DNA of 64,000 bases, taken from the NCBI GenBank assembly GCA_963725825.1, contig CAVSAI010000029.1:131765-195764 (forward strand), written 5' to 3'. The notes below the pieces were generated by a model. The model ran no database searches. It was not told the origin of the DNA and was given only the letters and a program-made list of their open reading frames with translations. This document shows, piece by piece, positions 1 to 8,450 of the stretch. This DNA comes from Candidatus Aminicenantes bacterium (lineage in GTDB: Bacteria > Acidobacteriota > Aminicenantia > Aminicenantales > Saccharicenantaceae). Within the stretch, counting starts at the first letter, position 1. Each line of letters begins with the position of its first letter. The position numbers were made by a program, and so were the translations under genes.

Positions 1-88
1 AGTCGAACCGCCATTCCCGGCGGCGGTTGATCTCCAGGTCATCGGGGACGGGTTTGACTGTCTTTTTGGGGGCGGCTTTCTTGGTCAT
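1..88 (-). CDS. hypothetical protein, N-terminal fragment (gene runs off the window start)
   Basis: ATG at 86-88 (minus) preceded by an AAGGA SD. Reads MTKKAAPKKTVKPVPDDLEINRRREWRFD. Lies 20 nt downstream of the LuxR gene stop on the same strand. Confidence 0.4.
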   Translation of the reverse strand, partial: MTKKAAPKKTVKPVPDDLEINRRREWRFD

Positions 89-108
89 GGCGTCCTTGCT
101 TCCTCGCA

Positions 109-843
109 TTAGAACAGGGCCGAATTGATGGCGTAGAGGGCCAGCTGGAGACGGCTATGGGTATCGAGCTTGGCGTAGATGCTCTTGATGTGGGAGCGGA
201 CCGTGTTCTTGCTGATGAACATCAACTCGGCGATCTCGTCGTTGCTCTTGCCCTGGCCGATCAGGCGCAGGACCTGAAATTCGGTCGGGGTGAGCTGATC
301 GAGCGTCTTCTCCTTGAGTTCCCTGCCGACGACGGAGATGATGCGATCCATGATGCTGGACATTTTGTCGCGCGGCAGCCAGATCTCGCCTTTGTGGACG
401 GCCCGGACGGCCTCCGGCAGCTGGGACGAGGCGTCGTTGAGGTCGAAATAGCCCCGCGCCCCGGCGTTGATGAGGTTGACGATCTCCTCGTGGGCCGGGA
501 TGCTGCCCATGAGCAGCAGCTCCGAGCGGCCCTGGGTCTTGGAGAGGTCGCGGATGGCCTTGCAGATCTCACGGAGATTGGGCAGGGGCTCCATGTGGGC
601 GAAGAGGATGACCTGAGGCTTGAGCTTCTTGATCGAATCCATGAACGACTCGATCGTGTTCTTCTCGATGTTCAGGATGTCCAGGTCCGGATCCGATTCG
701 AGCGCCCGGAGGATGCCGGCGAGGATGATGTCGGACGGGCAAAAAACGAGGAGCGTGATCTTCGATTCGGGGGTCGCGGCGGGGATCTTTTTTTTCTCCA
801 TGCTGGTCTCGTCCCCTTTGGGAGGTTTTGGCGATTTCGGCAT
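109..843 (-). CDS. LuxR/NarL-family transcriptional regulator with atypical (pseudo-)receiver domain
   Basis: C-terminal LuxR HTH (LTPTEFQVLRLIGQGKSNDEIAELMFISKNTVRSHIKSIYAKL). N-terminal CheY-like fold in which the acidic pocket and phospho-acceptor positions read CP and FAHMEP instead of DD and LDLxMP. Confidence 0.85.
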   Translation of the reverse strand: MPKSPKPPKGDETSMEKKKIPAATPESKITLLVFCPSDIILAGILRALESDPDLDILNIEKNTIESFMDSIKKLKPQVILFAHMEPLPNLREICKAIRDLSKTQGRSELLLMGSIPAHEEIVNLINAGARGYFDLNDASSQLPEAVRAVHKGEIWLPRDKMSSIMDRIISVVGRELKEKTLDQLTPTEFQVLRLIGQGKSNDEIAELMFISKNTVRSHIKSIYAKLDTHSRLQLALYAINSALF

Positions 844-863
844 CTTGTCCTTCAGTTGCCGGA

Positions 864-893
864 ATCATAAGTCATTCTTCGACGGCTTGTCAA
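864..893 (-). promoter_or_regulatory. sigma70-like promoter for the LuxR gene
   Basis: On the minus strand: TTGACA (888-893), N18, TATGAT (864-869), about 20 nt upstream of the ATG at 843. Confidence 0.45.
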
Positions 894-967
894 GCATCGG
901 GGGTGAGGGGGGGTGAGACAGCCGCGTCACTCCTCTGAACGGAGGAGCGATCGCCCGGTGTCGACCG

Positions 968-1366
968 TCAGGCCGGAGGGGCGCTGTTCGGGTGGAGGCG
1001 GAATCCGCGGTCGAGGCGGACGACGAGGAACTGCGTCTTCTCGCCTTTCAGCTCCAGGCGGACGTAGACGACCTCCCCTGACAGGACCATACGAAGCGGG
1101 CTTTCGAGAATGAGGGTCCTTGGGATATCGAGGAACAGGGTCACCCGCGAGTCGATCATGAGACGGGCCTTGAGGCGGAGGGACACCTCCTGGGCGCTGA
1201 TGCCGCAGACCGACGTCCTTTCCTCGAACTTCCGGCCCGCCGCATCGAGGCCCTTGACCAAGGCCGGAAGAGAGAGTTCGAAGGACCGCTCCCTCTTTCC
1301 GGCCTTGGCCGCGCCTTGTGTGGAGGGATCATGAAGAGACTTGGCCGTTTCCATGTCGACTATCAT
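968..1366 (-). CDS. small PilZ-like protein (degenerate motifs)
   Basis: Small beta-rich protein with a GISAQE segment in the position of the PilZ DxSxxG motif; no clean RxxxR. Start moved to the ATG at 1366 (AAGGA SD 8 nt upstream); the track ORF begins at TTG 1393. Confidence 0.45.
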   Translation of the reverse strand: MIVDMETAKSLHDPSTQGAAKAGKRERSFELSLPALVKGLDAAGRKFEERTSVCGISAQEVSLRLKARLMIDSRVTLFLDIPRTLILESPLRMVLSGEVVYVRLELKGEKTQFLVVRLDRGFRLHPNSAPPA

Positions 1367-1490
1367 TTTCGCGGTCCTTGCTGCCTGGGACAATCGCTTT
1401 TCCCGGGGAATCCCGGGGTTATATTCGGGCCGCTCGTCTCATCTTCGGGGGCTAGGCGTCCGGGCCGGCTGCGGCCCTTCGGCTCGAACA

Positions 1491-1856
1491 TCATGCGACT
1501 TCAGCTTGGATGATATAACGGGACTCGAGACGGATGGCAACCTGGGGGGCCGCCTCGTCCCCGTCGCCCGGCTCGACATCGACGATCGTCCCTTTGACGA
1601 CAAGAGTCAGGCTTCGACCTTCCCCGAGCTTGGGAGGGAGGGCGATCGAAAGCTTCAACCGGGAACCGAGGGCGACCGGGCTCGCGAGCGGGAAGACGGC
1701 GCCCTGGTGGCTCATGAACGAGAGAGTCGTCTCCTCGTGGAAGAAGGTCCCGCTCGGGTCGGGCCCCTCGACGGCCATCGGCAGAGCGAGCTTGAATCCC
1801 CGCTCGGGGGGCCGGCGCCGTAGGGGCCTGGATTCCCAGGAGATCCTGCTCAGCAT
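1491..1856 (-). CDS. small PilZ-like protein
   Basis: RPPER (RxxxR) followed by MSHQG (SxxG), spaced as in PilZ c-di-GMP binding domains. Start set at the internal ATG 1856 (MLSRISWES...); the track ORF extends to 1925. Confidence 0.5.
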   Translation of the reverse strand: MLSRISWESRPLRRRPPERGFKLALPMAVEGPDPSGTFFHEETTLSFMSHQGAVFPLASPVALGSRLKLSIALPPKLGEGRSLTLVVKGTIVDVEPGDGDEAAPQVAIRLESRYIIQAEVA

Positions 1857-1961
1857 ATCGACTTTCCTTTTCCTTTGAAATTGGCGAACCCAGCATCGCA
1901 CGGGCGTTCCCGGCCGGTCAATCACCCCTAACGGTGAAGCGGCAGGGGATATTGCCGTTCC

Positions 1962-1990
1962 TTGACAATTCGGAAGGCCGCGGCTAGAAT
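1962..1990 (+). promoter_or_regulatory. sigma70-like promoter for proS
   Basis: TTGACA (1962-1967), N17, TAGAAT (1985-1990). AAGGAG SD at 2009-2014, then the GTG start at 2020. Confidence 0.6.
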
Positions 1991-2019
1991 CGTAAAACGC
2001 TCAAACACAAGGAGATGAC

Positions 2020-3474
2020 GTGAACGAGTCAGAACGCCGGGTCATGCAGATCACGCCCAAGAGCGCAGATTTTTCGAAATGGTACGTCGAGATCGTCCAG
2101 AAGGCCGAACTGGCCGATTACACGCCCATGAAGGGCATGATGGTCATCCGCCCGCACGGCTACGCCGTCTGGGAGAATATCCAGAAGGGGCTCGACCGGC
2201 GGATCAAGGCCACCGGCCACGTCAACGCCTATTTCCCCCTGTTCATCCCCGAGAGCTTTCTCAAGAAGGAAGCCGAGCACGTCCAAGGCTTTTCGCCCGA
2301 GGTCGCCTGGGTGACGATCGGCGGCAAGGAGGAGCTCGAAGAGAGGCTGGCCGTCCGTCCGACCTCCGAAGCCATCATCGGCCACATGTACGCCAAATGG
2401 ATCAAATCCTGGCGGGACCTGCCTGTCCTCATCAACCAGTGGGCCAACATCGTCCGCTGGGAGAAGGTCACCCGCCCCTTCCTGCGGACAACCGAGTTCC
2501 TCTGGCAGGAAGGTCACACCTGTCACGAAACCGCCGAGGAGGGCGAGGCCGAGACCCTGGCGATCCTGGCCCTCTACCGGGATTTTTGCGAATCGGAGCT
2601 GGCGGTACCGGTCCTCTCGGGCCGCAAGTCCCTGAGCGAGAAGTTCGCCGGGGCGTCCATGACCTACGCCATCGAGGCCCTGATGTCCGACGGCAAAGCG
2701 CTCCAGATGGGCACCTCCCATAACCTCGGGCAGCACTTCTCGAAGGCCTTCGACATCAAGTTCGAGGATCGCAGCCAGACGCTCCAGTACGTCTGGCAGA
2801 CCTCCTGGGGCATGACCACCCGGACGATCGGCGCCCTGATCATGGTCCACGGCGACGATTCGGGCCTGCGCTTCCCGCCCCGGATCGCTCCCGTCCAGGT
2901 CATGGTCGTGCCCATCTCGATCGGCAACTGGAGAGAGACCGTTCTCCCTTCCGCCGCCGCCGTCGTCGAGGGGCTCCAAAAGGCCGGCGTCCGCGCCGCC
3001 ATCGACGCCCGTGAGGAGGCCACTCCGGGCTGGAAGTTCTCCGAATACGAGATGCGCGGCGTGCCCCTCCGGATCGAGATCGGTCCGCGCGACGTCAAAG
3101 CCGGCCAGGCCGTTCTCGTCCGCCGCGACACGAGGGCCAAGGAGGCCGTGCCGCTGGCTTCCCTGGGGGCCCGCGTCCCCGCGCTCCTCGACGAGATCCA
3201 GGCCGGGCTTCTGGCCCAGGCCCGGGCGTTTCTCGAAGCGAACATCCGGGACGCGGCCGACTACGACAGCTTCAAGGACATCATCGAGAACAAGCGCGGC
3301 TTCGTCCGGGCGGCCTGGTGCGGCGACGAGGCCTGCGAGGCTAGGATCAAGAGCGAGACGATGGCCACGATCCGGGTCATCCCGCTCGACGACGAGGAAG
3401 CCAGGACGGGCGCGCCCTGCGCGGCCTGCGGCGCCAAGGGACAGGTCCTGGCCTATTTCGCCCGCGCCTATTGA
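2020..3474 (+). CDS. proS: proline--tRNA ligase (archaeal/eukaryote-like type, about 480 aa, no INS editing domain)
   Basis: Full-length class II ProRS signature: FSKWYVEIVQKAELADY, RPTSE, WQTSWG, and a C-terminal Zn-binding-like CGDEAC...CAACG ending in Y. GTG start with SD. Confidence 0.95.
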   Translation: MNESERRVMQITPKSADFSKWYVEIVQKAELADYTPMKGMMVIRPHGYAVWENIQKGLDRRIKATGHVNAYFPLFIPESFLKKEAEHVQGFSPEVAWVTIGGKEELEERLAVRPTSEAIIGHMYAKWIKSWRDLPVLINQWANIVRWEKVTRPFLRTTEFLWQEGHTCHETAEEGEAETLAILALYRDFCESELAVPVLSGRKSLSEKFAGASMTYAIEALMSDGKALQMGTSHNLGQHFSKAFDIKFEDRSQTLQYVWQTSWGMTTRTIGALIMVHGDDSGLRFPPRIAPVQVMVVPISIGNWRETVLPSAAAVVEGLQKAGVRAAIDAREEATPGWKFSEYEMRGVPLRIEIGPRDVKAGQAVLVRRDTRAKEAVPLASLGARVPALLDEIQAGLLAQARAFLEANIRDAADYDSFKDIIENKRGFVRAAWCGDEACEARIKSETMATIRVIPLDDEEARTGAPCAACGAKGQVLAYFARAY

Positions 3475-3490
3475 AAAGGGAGGACCGCCA

Positions 3491-4123
3491 TTGGACGGCG
3501 AATACGCCCGCGAGCGGCGGCGGATGACGGACGCTCAGATCCGGGCCCGGGGGGTCCGCGACCCGCTCGTCCTGGCCGCTATGTCCAGGGTCCCGCGCCA
3601 TCTGTTCATGCCTGAAGGCTTCAGGGTCCACGCCTACGCGGACGAGCCCCTGCCGATCGGCGAAGGCCAGACTATCTCCCAACCCTACATCGTCGCCTAC
3701 ATGACCGAGGCGCTCGGCCTCAATGGCGGGGAGAAGGTCCTCGAGATAGGCACCGGTTCGGGCTATCAGACCGCTATCCTGGCCGAGATCGCCGGCGTGG
3801 TCTGGACGGTGGAGATCGTCGAGACGCTCGCGCTGCGGGCCCGGGCCGTCCTCGACGGCCTCGGCTACGGGAACATCCGCTATCGCGTCGGCGACGGCTC
3901 GGAGGGCTGGGCCGAGGAGGCGCCTTTCGACGGCATCATCGTCACGGCCGCCGCGCCCCGGATCCCGGCGGCGCTCGAAGGCCAGCTTGCGGAGAGGGGC
4001 CGGATGATCATCCCCGTTGGCACGGACTTCCAGGAGCTTTTTCTCGTCCGGCGGGCCGAAGAGGGGTTCGAACGGGAGAAACTGCTCGGCGTGCGCTTCG
4101 TCCCGCTCGTCAAAGCGTCCTGA
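3491..4123 (+). CDS. pcm: protein-L-isoaspartate O-methyltransferase
   Basis: TISQPYIVAYM and the VLEIGTGSGYQTA SAM motif. TTG start at 3491 with a GGAGG SD 7 nt upstream (alternative ATG at 3524). The track ORF from 3011 is a 5' artefact overlapping proS. Confidence 0.9.
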   Translation: MDGEYARERRRMTDAQIRARGVRDPLVLAAMSRVPRHLFMPEGFRVHAYADEPLPIGEGQTISQPYIVAYMTEALGLNGGEKVLEIGTGSGYQTAILAEIAGVVWTVEIVETLALRARAVLDGLGYGNIRYRVGDGSEGWAEEAPFDGIIVTAAAPRIPAALEGQLAERGRMIIPVGTDFQELFLVRRAEEGFEREKLLGVRFVPLVKAS

Positions 4124-4144
4124 CCGGGGACGGGGCGGCTGATC

Positions 4145-4735
4145 TCAGCGTTTTTGCCCGTAGTAGACGATCCGGGGCGGCTTCTTGGGATCCTGCCCGA
4201 AAAAGAACAGCCACTTGTCGTGCGAGTCCTGGTCATTATAGATCTTGATCGACTTGCTTTTTGAAGAGCTCACGACGCCCAGGATGCGGGGGTCCTTGAT
4301 GGCCGGCAGAACGCGTTCGGGCGCGACAAGGATCTCCTGGGCGGCTTGGCCGCCCGAGCCCGTCGCCGGGGACATGCTCCCCGGCCCGCCCATCGGGGGG
4401 CCTGTCGAGGTCCCGGTCGATGCCAGGATGATGTTCCATTGGCCGTCGCGACTGAAGGGGTCCTTGTAGAGGCGCCGGATGCACTTCTTGTCGAGAAGGT
4501 CTTTCAGGCTGGCGGGGAAGCGGCCCGGGTTCTTCTGGACAAAGATGCGGACGGCCTCGGCGTACTGCTTGCCGCGGAAGATCAGCTCCTCCTCCTTCTC
4601 GCGCTGGAGCTCGGTCTGCCAGACGGGCATGGCAATGAGAGCCCCGAGGCTAAGGACGAAGACGGCCATCATCAGGATGATGAGGGCGTAGCCCCGCCGC
4701 CCGCGGCCGTTACCAGGTGTTGTAGGGCGATTCAT
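4145..4735 (-). CDS. GspG-like pseudopilin paralog with degenerate prepilin N-terminus
   Basis: N-terminal GRRG-YALIILMMAVFVL hydrophobic helix followed by a GspG-like region (FPASLKDLL...LYKDPFS). It lacks Glu at +5. It overlaps the upstream pilin gene by 26 nt. Confidence 0.6.
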   Translation of the reverse strand: MNRPTTPGNGRGRRGYALIILMMAVFVLSLGALIAMPVWQTELQREKEEELIFRGKQYAEAVRIFVQKNPGRFPASLKDLLDKKCIRRLYKDPFSRDGQWNIILASTGTSTGPPMGGPGSMSPATGSGGQAAQEILVAPERVLPAIKDPRILGVVSSSKSKSIKIYNDQDSHDKWLFFFGQDPKKPPRIVYYGQKR

Positions 4736-5183
4736 CGATGGGCGATTTGCCGTCCGATCCGGATTTCACGTCGATGACGCCGGGGATCTCGGTCAGCATC
4801 GGGTCCTCGGGGGAAGGGAGCTCGCGGACCTCGACCCAGCTTGTCGAGAGGCGGGTCATCGGGTCGACCGGGATGGACCGGATGTAGCTGTCCTGGACGA
4901 GGGCCTGGAGGGAGGCCGGGTACTTGCCCTTGTCCTGGGCGTATTGGTCGATGAGCTTGCGCAGGATGTGCAGGTTCTCCCTGAGCACGGATTCGCGGGC
5001 CTTGACCGTCGCCGACTTGTAGGTAGGCAGGCCCACGCCGACCAAGAGCCCGATGATCCCGAGAACGATGATGATCTCGATCAGCGTGAAGCCGCTATCA
5101 CCAGTCCTTGTACTTGGTCCCGTCGAGGGCCACGGCCGGACTCTTCGTGTAGACATCGTACACATTCTCCTCTCCCCAGACAT
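4710..5183 (-). CDS. type II secretion GspG-like pseudopilin (prepilin-type N-terminal cleavage/methylation domain)
   Basis: G|FTLIEIIIVLGIIGLLVGV, then KYPASLQALV...IPVDPMT, typical of GspG. The only in-frame starts are the ATGs at 5183, 5165 and 5156, so the leader is at least 23 aa and the gene overlaps the upstream gene by at least 59 nt. Confidence 0.75.
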   Translation of the reverse strand: MSGERRMCTMSTRRVRPWPSTGPSTRTGDSGFTLIEIIIVLGIIGLLVGVGLPTYKSATVKARESVLRENLHILRKLIDQYAQDKGKYPASLQALVQDSYIRSIPVDPMTRLSTSWVEVRELPSPEDPMLTEIPGVIDVKSGSDGKSPIDESPYNTW

Positions 5184-5586
5184 CCGAATCGAATTCGTCC
5201 TGATAGGACCTCAGCCCCCAGTCGAACGAATCGGTCATAGGGTCCTTGGGGATGCGGCGGAGGAACTTGACGGTCTTCTTGGCCCCTCCCGCCTTGCCCT
5301 GGGCGTCTTTCTCCTGGATCACGACGCCCTTGACCAGGGTCTCGAGCGTCGGGGGGTAGCCCTCCGTGTCCTCGCCGACTTCGAACTTCTTCTCGTCGGC
5401 GAGCTTCTTGTAGGCGTCGATCGCCTCCCGGATGGTCCGCAGGGCCCTCGCGAGCTCGATCTCGTTGGCCCGCTTGACGGCCATCTTGCCGAGGGGAAGC
5501 GCCAGCATGGCCAGGACGGCCACGATCGAGAGGGCGATGATCATCTCGATCAGGGTGAAACCGGGACGGTCGTATGAGCGGAGCAT
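5098..5586 (-). CDS. type II secretion GspG-like pseudopilin (prepilin-type N-terminal domain)
   Basis: MLRSYDRPG|FTLIEMIIALSIVAVLA gives a classical 9-aa prepilin leader if the start is the ATG at 5586. The track ORF starts at TTG 5640. GspG-like GYPPTLETLV...IPKDPMT. Confidence 0.75.
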   Translation of the reverse strand: MLRSYDRPGFTLIEMIIALSIVAVLAMLALPLGKMAVKRANEIELARALRTIREAIDAYKKLADEKKFEVGEDTEGYPPTLETLVKGVVIQEKDAQGKAGGAKKTVKFLRRIPKDPMTDSFDWGLRSYQDEFDSDVWGEENVYDVYTKSPAVALDGTKYKDW

Positions 5587-5652
5587 CTTCGTCTCGGGCC
5601 GCCGCGCCGCCGCGGGGGCCCTCCGTGGATTATAGGCCAACGACCGGAGAAA

Positions 5653-7833
5653 TCAAAACCGGCCGCGACCGCCCCTGCGGTCCGGGCCGTTCTCCCGGGG
5701 ATAGCGCCGCGGGGGGGCGGGCGGACGGGGCGTCGATTCCGGATTCTCCCCGCCGCCTTCCTCGCAGGCCTTCTTGCTCAGGCGGATCTTGTTGTCGGCC
5801 GGGTCGATGCTGACGACCTTGACCGTGACCGTGTCGCCGAGATGAAGGACATCGTGGATGCTGGCGATCCGGTAGGGCGCGACCTCGGAGATGTGCAGAA
5901 GGCCGACGAGGTTGGGCATGATCTCGACGAAGGCCCCGTATTCCTCGAGGCGGACGACCTTGCCGGTGTAAACCTTGCCGAGCTCGGCCTCGGCCGTGAG
6001 GTCGAGGATCATCTGCTTGGCGGCTTCGGCGGCGGACATGTCCGTCGAGGCGATGAGGATCCTGCCGTCCTCTTCGATGTCGATCTTGGCCCCGGTCTGG
6101 CTGATGATCTTTTTGATGATCTTGCCGGCCGGTCCGATGACCTCGCCGACCTTTTCCGGGTTGATGTTGAGGATGATGATCCGGGGGGCGTAGGCCGAGA
6201 TGTCCTTGCGGGGCTCGGCGATGGCCTCCTTCATCTTGGCCAGGACCTTGAGCCGGGCGGCCTTGGACTTGGCCATGATCTCGCCGAGCATCGGCAGGGT
6301 GACGCAGGGGATCTTGAGGTCGAGCTGGATGGCGGTGACGCCCTTTTCCGTGCCGGCCATTTTGAAATCCATGTCGCCGAAGTGGTCTTCGAGGCCGGCG
6401 ATGTCGGTCAGAATGGCGTAACCGTCGCAGTCGGATACAAGACCCATGGCGATCCCGGCCACGACCATCTTCAGGGGGACGCCGGCGTCCATCAGCGCCA
6501 GGATGCCGCCGCAGACGCTCGCCTGCGAGGAGGAGCCGTTGCTCTCCAGGATGTCCGAGACGATGCGGATGGTATAGGGAAAGGTCTCCATATCGGGGAT
6601 CGCGGGGAGGATCGATTTTTCGGCCAGAGCGCCGTGCCCGATCTCGCGGCGCCCGGGGCCCCGCAGGAAGCCGACCTCGCCGACCGAGAACGGCGGGAAG
6701 TTATAATGAAGCATGAACCGCTTTTTGGATTCCTCGCCCAGGCTGTCGAGCCGTTGGGCATCCTCGAAGGTGCCCAGGGTGACGGTGGCCAAGGCCTGCG
6801 TCTCGCCGCGGGTGAACAGGGCCGAGCCGTGGGTCCGGGTCAGGAGGCCGACCTCGGCCGTGATCGGCCGGATGTCGTCGAAGCCGCGTCCGTCCGTCCG
6901 GAGCTTCTTCTTGAGAACGAGCTCGCGGAAGAGCTTCTCCTCGAGCTTGGTGAAGCACTCCTTGGTTTGGAGCCGATCCTCGAGGTTCTCTTCGGGGATC
7001 TGGGCCAGGGCGGCCTCGCGGACGGCTTTGAGGGCGGCCTCGTTGGCCTTCTTGCCCCGGACCTGCATGGCCTCGAGGAGGGCCGGACCGTGCTCCCGCT
7101 CGACGCCGGCCAGCTTCGCGGCGTCGACGGCCTTGGGCGTGAACGCGCGCTTCTTGATGCCGAGCTTGGCGAAGAGGTCTTTCTGGGCCTTGATGATCTG
7201 CTGGTTCGTTTCGTGGGCCAGGGCCAGGGCTTCGAGGAGCTTGTCCTCCTCCACTTCCCGGGCCCCGGCCTCGATCATGATGACGCCGCTCTCGTTGCTG
7301 ACGACGGTCACGTTGATCGGGCTGCGGTCGAGTTCGCCGTCGGTCGGATTGACGACGTACTGACCATCGACGAGGCCGACCTTGACCGCGCCGAGGGGGG
7401 TCGTGTAGGGGATGTCGGAAAAGTAAAGGGCGGCCGAGGCGCCGATGACGCCGAGCGTGTCGGGCTCGTTTTCGAGGTCGGCCGAGAGGAGCAGGCCGAC
7501 GATCTGGGTGTCGAAGAAGTAGCCCTCGGGGAAGAGCGGCCGGATGGGCCGGTCGATCAGGCGGGCTATGAGGATCTCCCGCTCCGAGGGACGGCCCTCG
7601 CGCTTGAAGAAGCCGCCGGGGATCTTGCCCGCGGCGTAGGTGTTCTCGCGGTAGTCGACGATGAGGGGCAGGAAATCCTTGCCTTCCTTGAGCTCCTTGC
7701 GGGACGTGGCCGTGACGAGCATCATCGTGTCGCCGTAGCGGAGAAGGGCCGAGCCGTCGGCCTGCTTGGCGATCTTGCCGATGTCGATGGTCAGGGTGCG
7801 CTTGTTGATCTCTAGACTGATAGTGTTGGACAT
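5653..7833 (-). CDS. pnp: polyribonucleotide nucleotidyltransferase (PNPase)
   Basis: Two RNase PH-like domains plus KH (IGPAGKIIKKI) and S1 (GKVVRLEEYGAFVEI) domains. Lies directly downstream of rpsO, as in most bacteria. Confidence 0.97.
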   Translation of the reverse strand: MSNTISLEINKRTLTIDIGKIAKQADGSALLRYGDTMMLVTATSRKELKEGKDFLPLIVDYRENTYAAGKIPGGFFKREGRPSEREILIARLIDRPIRPLFPEGYFFDTQIVGLLLSADLENEPDTLGVIGASAALYFSDIPYTTPLGAVKVGLVDGQYVVNPTDGELDRSPINVTVVSNESGVIMIEAGAREVEEDKLLEALALAHETNQQIIKAQKDLFAKLGIKKRAFTPKAVDAAKLAGVEREHGPALLEAMQVRGKKANEAALKAVREAALAQIPEENLEDRLQTKECFTKLEEKLFRELVLKKKLRTDGRGFDDIRPITAEVGLLTRTHGSALFTRGETQALATVTLGTFEDAQRLDSLGEESKKRFMLHYNFPPFSVGEVGFLRGPGRREIGHGALAEKSILPAIPDMETFPYTIRIVSDILESNGSSSQASVCGGILALMDAGVPLKMVVAGIAMGLVSDCDGYAILTDIAGLEDHFGDMDFKMAGTEKGVTAIQLDLKIPCVTLPMLGEIMAKSKAARLKVLAKMKEAIAEPRKDISAYAPRIIILNINPEKVGEVIGPAGKIIKKIISQTGAKIDIEEDGRILIASTDMSAAEAAKQMILDLTAEAELGKVYTGKVVRLEEYGAFVEIMPNLVGLLHISEVAPYRIASIHDVLHLGDTVTVKVVSIDPADNKIRLSKKACEEGGGENPESTPRPPAPPRRYPRENGPDRRGGRGRF

Positions 7834-7857
7834 GAGGGGTTCCTTTGGAGGCCGGGC

Positions 7858-8124
7858 CTACTTGCGCAGGCCGAGCTTCTGGATGAGCTTTTCGTAGCGG
7901 CTGACATCTTGGTTCTTGATGTATTCGAGGAGCCGCTTTCTCTGCCCGACCTGCTTCATGAGGCCGGCCCGGGAGTGGAAGTCTTTTTTGTGGTCGCCGA
8001 AGTGTTTGACGAGCAGGTTGATCCGCTCCGTCAGCAAAGCGACCTGGATCTCAGGCGATCCCGAGTCGGTGGGATGGGCCTGGTTGTCCTTGACGATCTT
8101 CGTCTTCTGTTCCTTGCTAATCAC
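7858..8124 (-). CDS. rpsO: 30S ribosomal protein S15
   Basis: 88 aa with [23 protein letters not shown]...[22 protein letters not shown] start with an AGGAGA SD. Confidence 0.95.
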   Translation of the reverse strand: MISKEQKTKIVKDNQAHPTDSGSPEIQVALLTERINLLVKHFGDHKKDFHSRAGLMKQVGQRKRLLEYIKNQDVSRYEKLIQKLGLRK

Positions 8125-8157
8125 GCTTTTTGTTTCTCCTGATGTTTTTTCCGGGTC

Positions 8158-8186
8158 ATTTTAACAGAAATCCGGGGAAATGACAA
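8158..8186 (-). promoter_or_regulatory. sigma70-like promoter for rpsO-pnp
   Basis: Minus strand: TTGTCA (8181-8186), N17, TAAAAT (8158-8163). The spacer contains CCCCGGATTTCTG. Confidence 0.55.
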
Positions 8187-8232
8187 CACTCTCTTGAATT
8201 TACGCGCGGGCAGGGGGGAGGGACCCCGGAGA

Positions 8233-8397
8233 TCAGATGGACAGGGCCTTCTTGCGGGCCAGGAGCTGACGGGCGTATTTCGACGCGAGCCCGCCCTGCT
8301 TGTCCTTGCATCCGGCGAGCGCGGCCTCGATCTCGGCCAGGGTCAGGGCGTTCATCTTCTTCCTTTTGGGAGTTGTTTCTTTTTTTTCGTCGGCCAT
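8233..8397 (-). CDS. unannotated small ORF, 54 aa (below the ORF-track cutoff)
   Basis: Reads MADEKKETTPKRKKMNALTLAEIEAALAGCKDKQGGLASKYARQLLARKKALSI. GGAAAGGAA SD upstream, GC3-rich codons like neighbouring genes, and its own promoter at 8451-8479. Alternative internal ATG at 8355. Confidence 0.45.
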   Translation of the reverse strand: MADEKKETTPKRKKMNALTLAEIEAALAGCKDKQGGLASKYARQLLARKKALSI

Positions 8398-8450
8398 CGG
8401 TCGTTCCTTTCCGGATTCTCGGCGGGCGCGGAGGCGCGCCGGGGAGCGTT

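Noticed and set aside
930-947. Hairpin CTCCTC-N6-GAGGAG downstream of the first PilZ-like gene, as a possible terminator. Similar short GC hairpins occur at 1402-1419, 21887-21903, 31054-31068 and 48077-48094.
   Set aside because: The stems are 5-6 bp and lack a following T-run on the relevant strand. They are too weak to annotate as terminators.
5842-7815. A 657-aa plus-strand ORF antisense to pnp. Similar long ORFs lie antisense to clear genes: 8449-10215, 11224-12822, 23985-25739, 26180-28246, 31248-33533, 38449-40176, 43695-45665, 51477-52724, 56353-57783 and 59290-61494.
   Set aside because: They lie exactly opposite genes with unambiguous family motifs. Their translations are Arg/Gly/Asp/Pro/Leu-rich low-complexity sequence typical of stop-codon-poor antisense frames in high-GC DNA. 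None has an SD or promoter.
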